Below, one piece after another: positions 47,350 through 59,503 of a DNA stretch of 64,000 nucleotides. Positions within the stretch are counted from its first letter, which is position 1. Each line of letters starts with the position of its first letter. This stretch comes from Rhizodiscina lignyota (taxonomy: Eukaryota). Under the pieces are notes generated by a model. It was given only the letters and a program-made list of their open reading frames with translations. It did not search any database and had not been told where the DNA came from. Position numbers and translations under genes: made by a program. The DNA lies in contig ML978124.1 in assembly GCA_010015805.1 (NCBI GenBank), positions 1,054,001 through 1,118,000 of the forward strand. Reading direction: 5' to 3'.

Positions 47350-49206
47350 ATGGAGAAGTCAAATGAGAAATATCTCGTCTCATCCCTGCCATCGCCAGCC
47401 AGCTCTGGGGTTCGGTCAGCATCACGTGGAAACAAGATTCGGCGAATCGTTCTTGGCATCACTGTCCTCTTCGGCTTAGCGTTGCTGTCGCTCAAGTTTG
47501 CATCGACTTCCATCAGGCCCGTACGATTTCGACTCCCATTGCCACAGCCGCTCGTTGACTCCGATCCAAAATGCGTCCAAGTAGATCCCATCCTGCCGTC
47601 GAAGACGAGCGAGAAGCTCGAGGAGATGGAGAAATTCATCGCATCCTCTGCCTTCGAGAAAGCTACCATCAAGCGCCTTTCAGCAGCTGTCCAGGTCAAG
47701 ACCGAATCGTACGATGATTTGGGCAAGATTGGCGAAGACAAGAGATGGGACGTACAATACGACTTCAACAAGTACTTGAAGAAGACATTCCCACGCATCT
47801 TTTCCCAGCTACGCATAGAATATGTGAACACGCATGGCCTGTTCATTACTTGGAATGGCACAGAGCCAGAATTGAAGCCAACGCTGCTGATGGCGCACAT
47901 GGATACGGTTCCAGTGCCTCCCGAGACCATTGATCAGTGGACACATCCACCATGGAGCGGCTACTATGATGGAAAGTTCGTCTGGGGACGTGGCTCGTCT
48001 GATTGCAAGAATCAGCTCCTTGCGGTCCTGGAATCGGTTGACCTCCTTCTTGAGAACGGCTTTGTCCCGAAGAGAACTGTCCTGATGTCCTTTGGCTTCG
48101 ATGAAGAGAGAGGCGGCCCACAAGGCGCTGGTCATCTTGCGCCGTTCATCTTCGAACGCTATGGCAAAGATGCACTTGCTGTTATCGTCGATGAAGGCGG
48201 TGGCTTCGCAGACAACTGGGGCGCCTCCATGTGTATGCCAGGTGTCGCCGAAAAGGGCCACATTGACGTTGAAATCGTCATCCGCATGCCTGGCGGCCAT
48301 TCTTCCATTCCTTTGCCGCATACCGCTATCGGAGTAATGTCTGAACTAATTGTACTAATCGAGGACAATCCATACGAACCTCACCTCGTCGACAAGAACC
48401 CATATCTCGGCGCGCTCTACTGTGGTGCTGATCATGCGCCCGACTTCCCGGACAAGCTGCGAAAGATCCTCGAGAAGTCACGAGGCCATGAGACATGCAA
48501 CGCTGCCAACGACGAGCTCGCCCAGGAAGCTGCGAAGATGAGCCCCTTCGTCAGGTACCTCATGCAGACGTCTCAGGCGGCTGACATTATCGGTGGAGGT
48601 GTCAAGGTAAATGCTATGCCAGAGCGTGTCTCGGCGTTCGTGAATCATCGCATCAATATCGGTTCGACTTCAGAGAGCGTTAAGACAAAGGTCACGAGCC
48701 TTGCGCAGCAAATCGCGGAGAAGCACAACCTGACACTTCATGCGTTCGATGATGCGAAAGAAGAGCGGAACTCGATCTTCCTTAAAGCTGGATATAATGA
48801 ACTCGAGCCGGCACCTCTGACACCAACGAATGTTGATGAATTGACAGCGTATGCGGTCCTCTCCGGAACAGTCAGAGCGCTGTATGGAGAGGATGTCATT
48901 GTTGCCCCCGGCTTGATGACCGGAAACACTGACACGAGGTAAGGGAAAGTTCTATTCATTGTGTCCCTTCTGAACCATCTTTACATAATATGTCTCGAAA
49001 ATGTGCCCTCGCTCATGCTCATCAGGTACTACTGGGACCTAACGCGCCACATCTTCCGCTTCGCGCCCGGATGGGACGGCGAGCAAGGCGGCCTCGCGAA
49101 CGGCGTTCACACTGTCGATGAGCACGTCTCAGTCAAGGCCCACATCAACGGCGTGAAGTGGTTCAGCCTCTTCATCCGCAACATGGACGAAGCGACGTTG
49201 GATTGA
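47350..49206 (+). CDS. CPS1: Gly-Xaa carboxypeptidase (M20 family, Cps1-like)
   Basis: N-terminal signal anchor; LMAHMDTVP, WGRGSSDCK, GFDEE, VDEGG, PGGHSS, GGVKVNA, GNTDTR|YYWDL, VHTVDE; intron near 48939-49026. Confidence 0.92.
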
Positions 49207-50735
49207 GGCAGATGTTTGCACTGCTCTGTAACATGAGCCTGCAGTTGCGGTTGCCTCGTAGCGACAACCGTCTCATCTCAATATGCCTTCAGAGATATGG
49301 TGGATCGCTGTGCACGACTTGCTGCTATGGCTTTTCATTAGGCGAAAGAACCAAAGTCTATTCTGTTGTTTTGTCTTCGCATAATTTAGTCGAATTTCAA
49401 ACTCTTCGGAAATACATGAGGAAGAGCAGAACACGGCCCGAACATGTCGTCTATGTGTAAATGACTAGGACATAAAAGTATGAATAGAAAGTTTAAACCC
49501 CTCCCTCTGTTTTTATTTAAATCAATGGCTTCCCGACTGGCTGCTGATCGTCGAGACTCGATGGGCACCAAGCGACATCCAATTGCCATGGATTCATTTG
49601 ACAATGCATTTGGGAAACACGTGTGCGAACATTTCGATAAACCCGCAGTACGACACAACGATGGCATTCGATATCTCTCCGAAGCGTTGACGTTGATACC
49701 TATCGATATTGCATGATGATGAAGACCGTGTAAACACTCAGAGTTGGCTAGTAACTCCTTGGTGCTGAATACAATTGTCTGCGCGCGCGCCGCAAGTCGC
49801 GTAAGATGTTTGTCTGTCTCCCTGAGGGAGTAAGAAAGCTCGAGCAGCTCTGTGGATGTCATCACATCAGATCGTTGTTAGGGTCGTATATATACGCCTC
49901 TTAACGTCTGAATATTAGATGTTCAGACATTGGTGACTTTCAAGATAGTGATGGGGATGTCCTTAAGTAATCTCACGCTACCGTGCGAATATTGACTCAT
50001 GGTGACTAACTACTGTCGCATCACATACAGCCTTAGGATCTTCGAGGCTAGTAGTTTGACAACCAACTCGTGCGATGTGGGTTTCTCGCTTCCGCCTGAA
50101 CAGCAGTTTTCGAGCAACTCTTACGAGCCTGCATGAGCTTCTATGAGACAGCAGGAATCCACTCTCCGTGCCTTGTCACTGATGATAAAGACTCGTCCTA
50201 TCCGTCGGTAACGTGTGCTAGGAATGGTTACTGTTAAGGAAGATAATTGTAGCATCGGAATTAACAGTAGGTTCAAATAATATGAAAATCACACGATCGC
50301 CATACGAGCATGTCTAAAGCCATCCAGGCGAGGCATTCGTACGAGATATTTATTCGGGCGAGAAGCGCAGAAAGCAGCATGGAGACCAAGAATTGTAAAG
50401 AGTCTTGGGAACGGAGATAGACGACATACGAGAGAGAAGTGCCAGACGAGGGAATGCAGTGAGCCGACCTATGTGAAGGTCGGGTTCCTTGGATGACTAA
50501 GTATCACATCAAAGCACTATGCTTTAAATCCGGACTGCGTCAAATTCATTCCAAAGAGCTGGTACGTTCGCTTGTGATGATTGCTTTCATTTGGCCTTGG
50601 TCATAACATATATCACGACAGATACGAAGTGGAGAAACCGTGCACTCGTCGTCCATGGCCCCCAAAAAAGTAATCGTTCATCCCTGCGGAAAATGACACG
50701 ATGGAACAGCATTTAAATCTTTTCGCGCGGCTAGT

Positions 50736-52015
50736 TCACTGTACACGTCAGCAAATTAGCGAAAATCGTCAGAAGAATCAGGATCGCCTCAGTCCACGAT
50801 GGCTTACCTTGTCGGAGTGCAAATCCGCAACCTCCAGCACCGCCTTGCCGAAGTTCTCTCCCTTCAGCATGCCGATGAAACCCTCCGCCGCATTGTCGAT
50901 GCCATGCGTCGTGCTGAACTGAGCCTTGAAAGAGCCGTCGGCGATCCACTTCTGCACGTTCTTCTGATGCTCGTCGTCGTATTTCGGGCCCATGTTCGCG
51001 TCTGTGACGATGAAGCCCTGCATCTTGATGCGCTGACCGACAACCTTGGTGATGTTGCGGATCGGATACTGGTCTTGAGGTTGCTTGTTGTATTGAGAGA
51101 TCATACCGCACGCGACTGCAGGTCATTGAATGTCAGATCCCAAGTCCCAATTCTGCTTGTAAGAGATGGATGCCTACCTATCCTTCCAAACGGTTTCATA
51201 GCACCAATCGCAGCCTCCAGTTGCTCTCCACCCACATTCTCGTAGTAAATATCAATGCCGTCCGGGGACATCCTGTGCAGCGCATCCGCTGGCTTCTCCT
51301 TCTTGTAGTTGAAGCCCCCATCAAATCCCAAATCATTCAGAATGAAGTCCAGCTTCTTATCATCTCCCACGCTGCCAAACACCTTCAATCCCTCATGCTT
51401 CGCCAGTTGTCCCACAAGCTGTCCCACGGCACCACTGGCTGCACTTATGAATATCGTCTCTCCCTTCTTCGGCTCCCCAATGGCGTAGAACGAGCTGTAC
51501 GCCGTCAATCCTGGCATTCCCAGCGCACCAATGAAGATCTTGGGGTCAAGGTTGTAGGGATTGTCGAGGACCCTTGAGCGGTCGGTTGGCCCCTTCGTCA
51601 TTGCTGTGTACTCTTCTGTGCCAGTGTCGGACGAGCTGACGAGAATGTCACCGGGCTTGAACTTGGGGTTGTCTGACTTGATGACTTTTGAGACGCCGCG
51701 GTTCGTGATGGGTTTGCCGATTTCGAAGCCTGCGCTGTAGGATTTGATTTCGGGGAGACGCATGCGGCCACGCTGGTAGGGATCGAAGGAGATATAGTAG
51801 TTCTATTGGGCACACTGAGTCAATTGAATTTCTAGCTGAAGATGCGGCAGGTAATGATAAATGACGTAACGTACCTTCAACGTGACACCACCTTGTGGAG
51901 GCTCTTGGTCAAGATCAAAGTCTCTCGCCTCGACAACGAGATGATGGCCAGCTTCAGGCCATTCTCGGACGTGCTCCTTGAAGATGAGACCTTTGTTTGG
52001 GACGATGTGCACCAT
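50736..52015 (-). CDS. NADP-dependent double-bond (enone/alkenal) reductase, PGR/AAD family of MDRs
   Basis: YISFDPYQRGRM, GALGMPGLTAY, FISAASGAVGQLVGQLAK, FNYK, GIDIYYENVGG, ACGMISQYN, GENFGKAV. Three introns; the last is followed directly by TGA. Confidence 0.92.
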
Positions 52016-52649
52016 TGTGATATGGAATCAATTGGACTGATGAGAGTGGACAAAGTAGAAGACAGGATGAAGTCAATTGATCAGACGAAAGTGAACTCCG
52101 CTTGCCTTATACCCTCAAATCAATCAATCCAACAGATGATTTCAAAGCTTAAAACCTCCCCACCTCCACCCTCGTGCGAGTAGTGGTTTACATCATATGT
52201 ACTCACGGAGTTCGTATACGCATGCGGTATACCTCGGCCGGTGGTGGCAGCCTTACAAATCGGAGAGCAGAAACAGGCGGTTCTATGGTCCCACCGGCAA
52301 TCCGCTACGGGCGAGAGAGTTTGGGTTCGTTCAGCTGGCCCGAAGGAAAAGGTAGGTGGCAGTATGGTCTGTTACGCCAGAAGCAGGGGTTGCTTACGCG
52401 CATACGGAAATGATGCTTGTCGTCCATTTGTCGCTTTCGCGAAGTGGTGATCGTCTACCATCCTGCTTTGAAAGCGCTGGGCGGCCGACGTCTAACCTCA
52501 TGTTGCCTAGCTGCTGTACTCTCAAACCCATGAGGTATATCTAGTCTTGGCATATACTTCTGTACACCGCAGCTTCTGAAGGCGATTGTATTGGTATAGA
52601 CGGAGTTAAAGCATCCTGCTTCCTCAGGATTTCAAAGCATCTTAGAACA

Positions 52650-53575
52650 ATGGCGGACTCGAAAGATGCCAACGGCATCACGCCAACCGATCCACCTCCG
52701 TCTTACGACTCCGCAGCACAGCCGTCCCCAGTCGTCGCTGGAGCGCCAGCACCAAGTTCAAGACCACCGGGGCCAAGAGCTCCTCTACCATTGGAACTAC
52801 CAGTCTTGACTGCATTGAGAGGGAGAAAAGTCATACTAGCCTCAGCATCTCCGCGAAGGAAGCAACTGCTTGCCCAGGTATTGGTTCCTCTTTCCCCGCC
52901 AAACATAACTATCACTAAACAATCAATTCCCTAGATCGGCCTCACGAACATCACTATATCTCCATCCACCTTTGCCGAAGACCTCTCAAAGTCTCTATCC
53001 CCTCTCGAATATGTACTCCAAACGGCGACCAAGAAGGCGATGACCGTTTACCAGAGAGAGTGCGACAATGACCCAGCGCTCATCATTGCGGCCGACACCA
53101 TAGTCATAGGACCAAATGGGACGATTCTGGAGAAACCGCGGAACGAGAAAGAGCACATTGGAATGTTGAGGGCGCTAAGAGACGCAGTCGAACATAAAGT
53201 GTGCACGGGAGTAGCCTGCATTGCCCCGTTAGAGAGTGCGCTGGATCCTGGATACGCATTAGAAACGCATGTAGAAGAGACGTCCGTTCGGTTTGACAGC
53301 AGCGGTAAGATTAGTTATATAGACTGTTTAACATGTGGGACTGTAAGCTGATTCGACGGACAGTGACGGATGACCTCATCCTAGCCTACGTACGCACACG
53401 CGAAGGTGCTGATAAAGCAGGCGGTTATGGCATTCAGGGAATGGGTTCACTCCTTGTAGAAGGCATTGCGGGAGACTACAACAATGTAGTTGGTCTGCCT
53501 CTGCGTGCTACATTGCAGATGATTGAGAAGGTGTTGAATCCGGAGGTCGAGGATGAGGACGACGAGGAAGGTTGA
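52650..53575 (+). CDS. Maf-like nucleoside-triphosphate pyrophosphatase
   Basis: [55 protein letters not shown]; two introns. Confidence 0.92.
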
Positions 53576-53836
53576 GCGAGATTGTGACATCATATTCGTC
53601 AATACCACCTGGAACCAAAACGCCAATGGTAGCCGCAAAACGAAACCGTAAACCGTTGGGAACCCATCGAAGAGGACGAGAGCGACCCCACCGGACAACC
53701 ATCGCAACGCACGCATGCGGAGCGCCCATCGGTGACACCCAAAGCCAAGGCGCCTCAACCAAAAGAACGTATATACCAACACAGTTCCGAATGTATCATA
53801 GAGGCACCCCACATAGAGAAGAAGCAACCAAAGACG

Positions 53837-55106
53837 TCAGTCCACAATGTTCCTGAACTCCTTCAAGAACGCCCATCGTGCTTTCCTCCCCCATCCTTGC
53901 TTCCGCCATTCGTTGGCGGTCTTTGGGAAGAACTCCACGATACCCCTGAGACTTGCATCGTGTGCCATGACAACGAAAATCTCGTCGAAAGCGTCGTTTT
54001 CCATGATCTTTGCGATTGTTGCTTTGGCGTCGGGTATATCATAATTCGCCATCGGTATCTTAGGTGGATCCGAGATGTGGAAGAACGGTTCGGTGCGGCT
54101 CTGTTTAGGATGAACTGCCTGGAAGAGTGCTCCCAAACAGGGCATGGATGACGTTGGATTGAGGGGATTTGGTACTATTGAATCTGGTAATGGTCGTTTG
54201 GAGGAAGGTCGGAGTTGTCCAGGGTGATGTACACAGTCTCCTATCATGAGGATGAAGGTCGAAGGTTCTGTTGATGTTCGCGCAAGAGCACCGAGATGGC
54301 CAACGGCGTGTCCAGGAGTGTCGAGGAGGTAGAAGCTGCCATCGCCAAAGTAATCTATTGCTTTGAACTGGGCGATGTCGAGTGCGTTGGAGAAGTCAAG
54401 TTCGCGTACTTCACGGCCACTACCGCATGTCAGCAAACCTCGACGCGCTGGTTTCCTCATACGGATACTGCAGAATACAAGACAGTGGCCACTTACGCAA
54501 AATCCGATTCCAGTAAATTCCCATCTGGGTTGCAGGGATAGCCAGGCATCATCTCTTTCTTGAAGCCAGGTCCTACTAACATTGCGGTTGATGAAGGGTA
54601 AAGCGACGGGTCGCCCTGAGTGCAAGTTAGCTCCTATACCAAACATTTCAGATGCAGAGAACGACGTACCATGTGTTCGAAATGCCAATGCCTTGAAAGT
54701 GGTCAGCTGGAAGCTAGGAAGCGAGACATGACATCAATGGAAGTTCAACGTACGAAGGGATGATTGCCTCAATATCTCCTGGTTCGAGGCCATCCTCTTT
54801 CAAGATTTCGGGGACATCCTTTTCTACGGTAACGGAAAGTTGATGGAGCATGCCAGATATTCGGGGTGGTAGATTCTCCCAGTCCTTCCGGAGTCCCAGG
54901 TCGTACAGTAGTTTTCGCCCCGATGCATGCTCGATAAGTAAAGCGTACACTGATATTGGCGGTGTCTCCCATCCTGGGATATCAGGGTCCAAGATCAAGC
55001 TATGTGGAAAGCCTTCAATGCGGGTAGTAGTGTCGATAATACAGATTTGAACGCAGCTCTCAGACTCGGGTATCTGAGCGGCTAGTGACTTGAGTGTAAC
55101 AACCAT
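53837..55106 (-). CDS. Metallo-beta-lactamase-fold lactonase/lactamase (AiiA/FDB1-like), 358 aa
   Basis: Exons 55106-54754, 54691-54670, 54615-54497 and 54419-53837 sum to 1077 nt. Motifs LLYDLGLRKD, SHWHFEHMGDP, DYFGDGSFYLLDTPGHAVGH, GDCVHH, AHD. Confidence 0.9.
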
Positions 55107-56176
55107 CGTGACAGCGGCTCATGTGCAGGTCCAGACGGCGACAAGTTAGATCCTGACGAAGAGCAGAGGTTCGAAGCATCGCTGAGCCGCCAACAGTGAG
55201 TCTACGGCCGTTAAGTCAGCCATTATCGTGATTGCGGAAAGTTTTGGGCATAAGCAATTCACAGCCAAAATTGTGTCCAACTACCCAAAGTCTCTCGTCA
55301 GCACCTTGACCAGCACGCGTAGGCGACGCCCATTTATTGTTCTCGTAACCACCCCTCCTCCGCACTGGTGTGGCTAGTGCGTGTATGCCCCGTATTGGAT
55401 ACTTTCTCGATGAAATGTCGCCTTGGATGTATGTCAGGCAAGGCTTGCAGACGTCAGATAACAGATGAAAGGCACGCGACGATCCCGCTATTTCCGCCCA
55501 AGAAGTGTGCCCCTCAGGGTCTTGGATACCTCCCCTCACTGCTCGACTGGAGCACCTCTGTCACGCGCAACCAACAATTTTATTTTGCCCGGGAGCACCC
55601 AGCTGCACGAAATTCTCCGTCAGTGTCTGCGGATACATAATGCGAGATCATACCCAGGGAGGAATCCATCACGCCCGCTCAGGGGCACAACCAAGCTTTC
55701 GGCCTCAATCATCCTCAAGGCGATCTCTCGCACTCATCTGCAGGTCCCTACACATATGTTGAGCTGACCGATTGCCTCTTCGACGACTTCTTCGATTCCC
55801 CATCCCAATGACAAAGTCCAAGAGCTCATTCTGCCGTCCACCCGCCGACAGCTATGGCATTGTCGATCGACGCGCAGACGCGTGCTGCCTCACTTCCTTC
55901 TGATTCGCGCCGGCACCCATCTCCTCCGCTTCCGCTCCTTTCCACCTCTCAATATCATGAAAGCCAAGCCTTCACCAAGCTTTCACGCAGTCTTAGTCCT
56001 TTCAAGCGTGGGATTTAAGACTGTTCACGGCAAGTATAAATTCAATTCGAAATGTCTATTCAAGTTCGCCTCTGTCTCAGATCTGTGGCGCCGGAAAGCT
56101 ATTTTCGCAACGTCGTAGGATTATTTGGCACCTTTTCTAGCCTCATAACCGTAAAAATAGCTACGAGTGTCTCATA

Positions 56177-57321
56177 ATGTATCGTACCGTCTCTCTCGCG
56201 ATATCTCTCGTTGCTGTGGCCTTTGCGCAGCATTCGGCTCTTCCACAATGCTCTCCAAGCTTCAATGGTACGATCGGAAACGGCACAGCTGGGTCTGAGC
56301 AGCAGATCAGCAGTACCACTCTTCGTATCATCAACGCTACAGATGCGGACCAGGGCGTCGCCGTTGACGCCGACCACTTCTATTCAATCGATAACTTCTC
56401 GATTACGAAGCATCGCAAGGCAACTGGACAGCCAATCCTGCAGTGGTACGGCGGAGAAGATGGAGCTATCATCCACCTTGATGGTGGAGTCGTTATCAAT
56501 GGCACTCTATATGCGTATGCAGTCTCTATGATGCCTTTATAAGCCGGACGATCTAAGTGCATTCCAGACCACATTCGAATTACCCCGGCCTCCCCATATC
56601 AAGCTCAATCGAAATGTGGGACGTCTCCACAATGACGCATGTCGGTACGTGGGGCTCCCGTTCGTGTCTCAGTTCTTATTTAATTTTCGCAAGGATCCCA
56701 CCCTTTTGGCATATATCGCGGCTCTCTCACATGGGTTGATCAGAACCCTGTCACGGGAGTCTGGTACGGCGCGTTCGCAAACTATGATCGCGTGAGTCCT
56801 CCACCAACAGCCATGTCAGGTGGGCCAATGTCTCGCACTCTCGCATTCTCACCGCCGCATAGATCCAAACAGGTCAAACCGTCCCGTACGGCCTCACTAT
56901 GAACACGCAATTCGTCGAGTTCACAGGCCCGCCAAACTGGGAAGTCGTCCGCTCTTGGATCTTCCCCGAAGAACTCTACGCTACCTTCTCCCCGATGTCC
57001 AACAGCGGCGGCAGTTTTGGTCCGGATGGCTGGCTGTACATCACTGGCCACGATGCCAGCGCTGCGTATGTGCTGAAGATTCCTGGCGCTGGCAGCGTCT
57101 TGATTTGGGTCGCGACCATTGACCTGCCCGACATTGCGGGGCAGGGCATCGCATGGGATAGGAGTGGAGGCAAAGGGAAAGCAACGTTATATGGAATAAG
57201 CAGGGCGAGCAGACAGGTTGTTGAGATGAGAGTGTCGTTGCAGACGTGCAGCTGGATGGAGCATGTTACTGTTGGGACTATATTGGGCCCCGGAGAGTTT
57301 GTTGACACGAGCCAGGACTAA
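56177..57321 (+). CDS. Secreted uncharacterised protein, probable beta-propeller of a mostly bacterial family, 323 aa
   Basis: Exons 56177-56514, 56568-56644, 56694-56791 and 56863-57321 sum to 972 nt in one open frame. Signal peptide; QGVAVD, HLDGG, HSNYP, GSLTWVD, SNSGGSFGPDGWLYITGHD, GQGIAWD. Confidence 0.85.
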
Positions 57322-57631
57322 TGGAAATACTGCTACCTACTCGGAGACCACGGCGCGCTGTTGGTCATCATAGTAGGAAAGTACACGTGTAAGAGAACAA
57401 AGTTGGTTCTTCGATGCTCAACAGAAATGCTCAACATATAACGTCTCCCGTTTTAACCCCACTACTACTTCTCCAATTGCATCCCTTTCCATTAACATCA
57501 TTCATCGTATGCTCAACGAGACCCGATGCTCAAACAAGGTAAGAGGGCTCTTCCAAAAGTCAGACTCGAACTTCTCAAGCTTTTCTAAGGATGAGGAAAT
57601 TTAACATTCAGGGTCCACAAGCTTCAGTTGA

Positions 57632-59116
57632 GCGTACTTGCACATAATACTAGGCGCTGCCGCTTGGCCTTCTCAGGGTCGGGAATATGCTATCCCCTTC
57701 AAATTTCCGGACGTCGCTACCGCCATGGAACGACACTGATCGGTCGATGGACAAGATCTCAAAAGCTCGCATTACCTGACCTTACCCACAAACTGTACTA
57801 TACAATGCGCCACACATGTGGAGATTGTTATCAACAAGCACACTCGGACAGCTTCGATACTTGGAGCACAAACATGGGACGAGCGCACAATTGCGGGCAG
57901 CTACATGGAAGAGCAGATTCGCCGAATACTTTACAGCGAGATTCCTCGCGAGAGGTGTGCAAATGCAACCGATACAGTGCAACGAAGAAAGATTATACTA
58001 AAAAGGAAGAGGGAAAATTACGAGCGAATGTTGATACTGATCAGAAAACAGCCATACTGCCATCTCGTTATCCTTCATCCGGCAAGCCTACTATTTAAGG
58101 TTATTAATATCAAGTATCGGTATTAGATACTGTCAACTCCATCGTTCTTGAAAGTCTAGCCGAAGAAATTCCACGCAAGATCTCTGCTCTACGCAATCCA
58201 GAGCGAGGAGCAGCCGGAAACGGTTGCAGATCAGCCAAAAGTTCCATAGAAACATCTTCTCCATCGAACAGCGAGTTGGGACTTCATCACCATATCTCTG
58301 TGCTGATCAACATCAACGGGCTTCATATGGAGCACCTGCCGGGCATCGCTGTTGCTTCGCCTTGGTGATTGATACAGACCCATCAGTTTCCAGGTGACAT
58401 TGTTTATAAAGAAGAACCCAGCTCGCCCGCTTCAAACTGCGCTCGATCCAAAGATACGTGTAAACCAACTCCGCGACTCGCTGGCTTGGCTTCGTGGAGT
58501 ATCGAACGATACCATCAGACTCAGCACCAGCTTCGAAGAATACTTCTGAGCTCCGCATCAAAGATCTCTCAGACCACAGCACCGAGCGCTCTGTCCATAA
58601 TCTGTCGCTGTCGAAGGTTGATTTGCGGCCCAAGTCCGCAAGTTCTCGGCCATATTCCGAATTCCTCAAACACCACGTTGGCAGACATTGCGCATCCCAG
58701 ATACAGACACGACACTCTGCCCTTCTCACCGCTTCCGATCACCAGCTCAAACCCGCCGAGCATTCTTCGCGCCCAATTCCGCAATGTTTCGACACACCGT
58801 CCCCAGCGGATTCGCGAGCGCTTCCAGCAGTCTCGAACACAGCGCCCGCAAACGCGTCCCAGATAATGCACATCCGCAACAGCTGAGATATTTTTGGACC
58901 TTAACAGACAGTGTAAGCATTATTGTGGGGCCTCCGGACCAGCTCAAACATAATGTTCAGGAAACGGGTCGCAGCCAAGACGCCGAGCGCTTGCGACACT
59001 TGGGGAAAAATCATGAAACCTGCGCAGGTGTATCAGAACTGCTAGAGACGCAGCGCGAGGAATGCGACCTCGGGGCCCCAAAGTATCACGCCGGTCACCG
59101 AATAATGCTCAACTGA
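57632..59116 (+). pseudogene. Possible degenerate gene relic
   Basis: One frame reads protein-like text (EYAIPFKFPDVATAMERH*...VEIVINKHTRTASILG...YRY*ILSTPSFLKSLAEEIP) broken by isolated stops. No family recognised. Confidence 0.2.
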
Positions 59117-59503
59117 AGAGGGGGGTGTTTTTTTGGAGATTGCATTGCCATTGACATTAACATGTGCCATGAATACTTCGTACATCGGAGAATTGAAAAG
59201 GAAAATTTTGCTGCTCATCGTCACAACAATCATCATCAAGAAAAGGGGTATGAGAATTGAAAGGAAATGTTCATCGAGTCCACAAGATTTCTGTCGGCTC
59301 TTGTTGTCATGTCATGCAATCCACTTCTTCGGCTGCTGCTTTTCAGCTGCCTCCCTTAGTATGTGCCCATTCGACGCGCCGTGTGTCAAAATCCAGAGTT
59401 GTAAAAACCCAAGCAGAAGTTCCGAACGCCAGGCCATCCAGCCCGTCTCCCCATCCGACCTTCGGGCAAGATACTTCATACAACCCATTTATCCCTCGCT
59501 GCT

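Noticed and set aside
49386..49930. 159-aa minus-strand ORF, palindrome CGTATATATACG and a 10-bp hairpin, as a possible MITE or gene
   Set aside because: No terminal inverted repeats with target-site duplication and no recognisable protein motifs.
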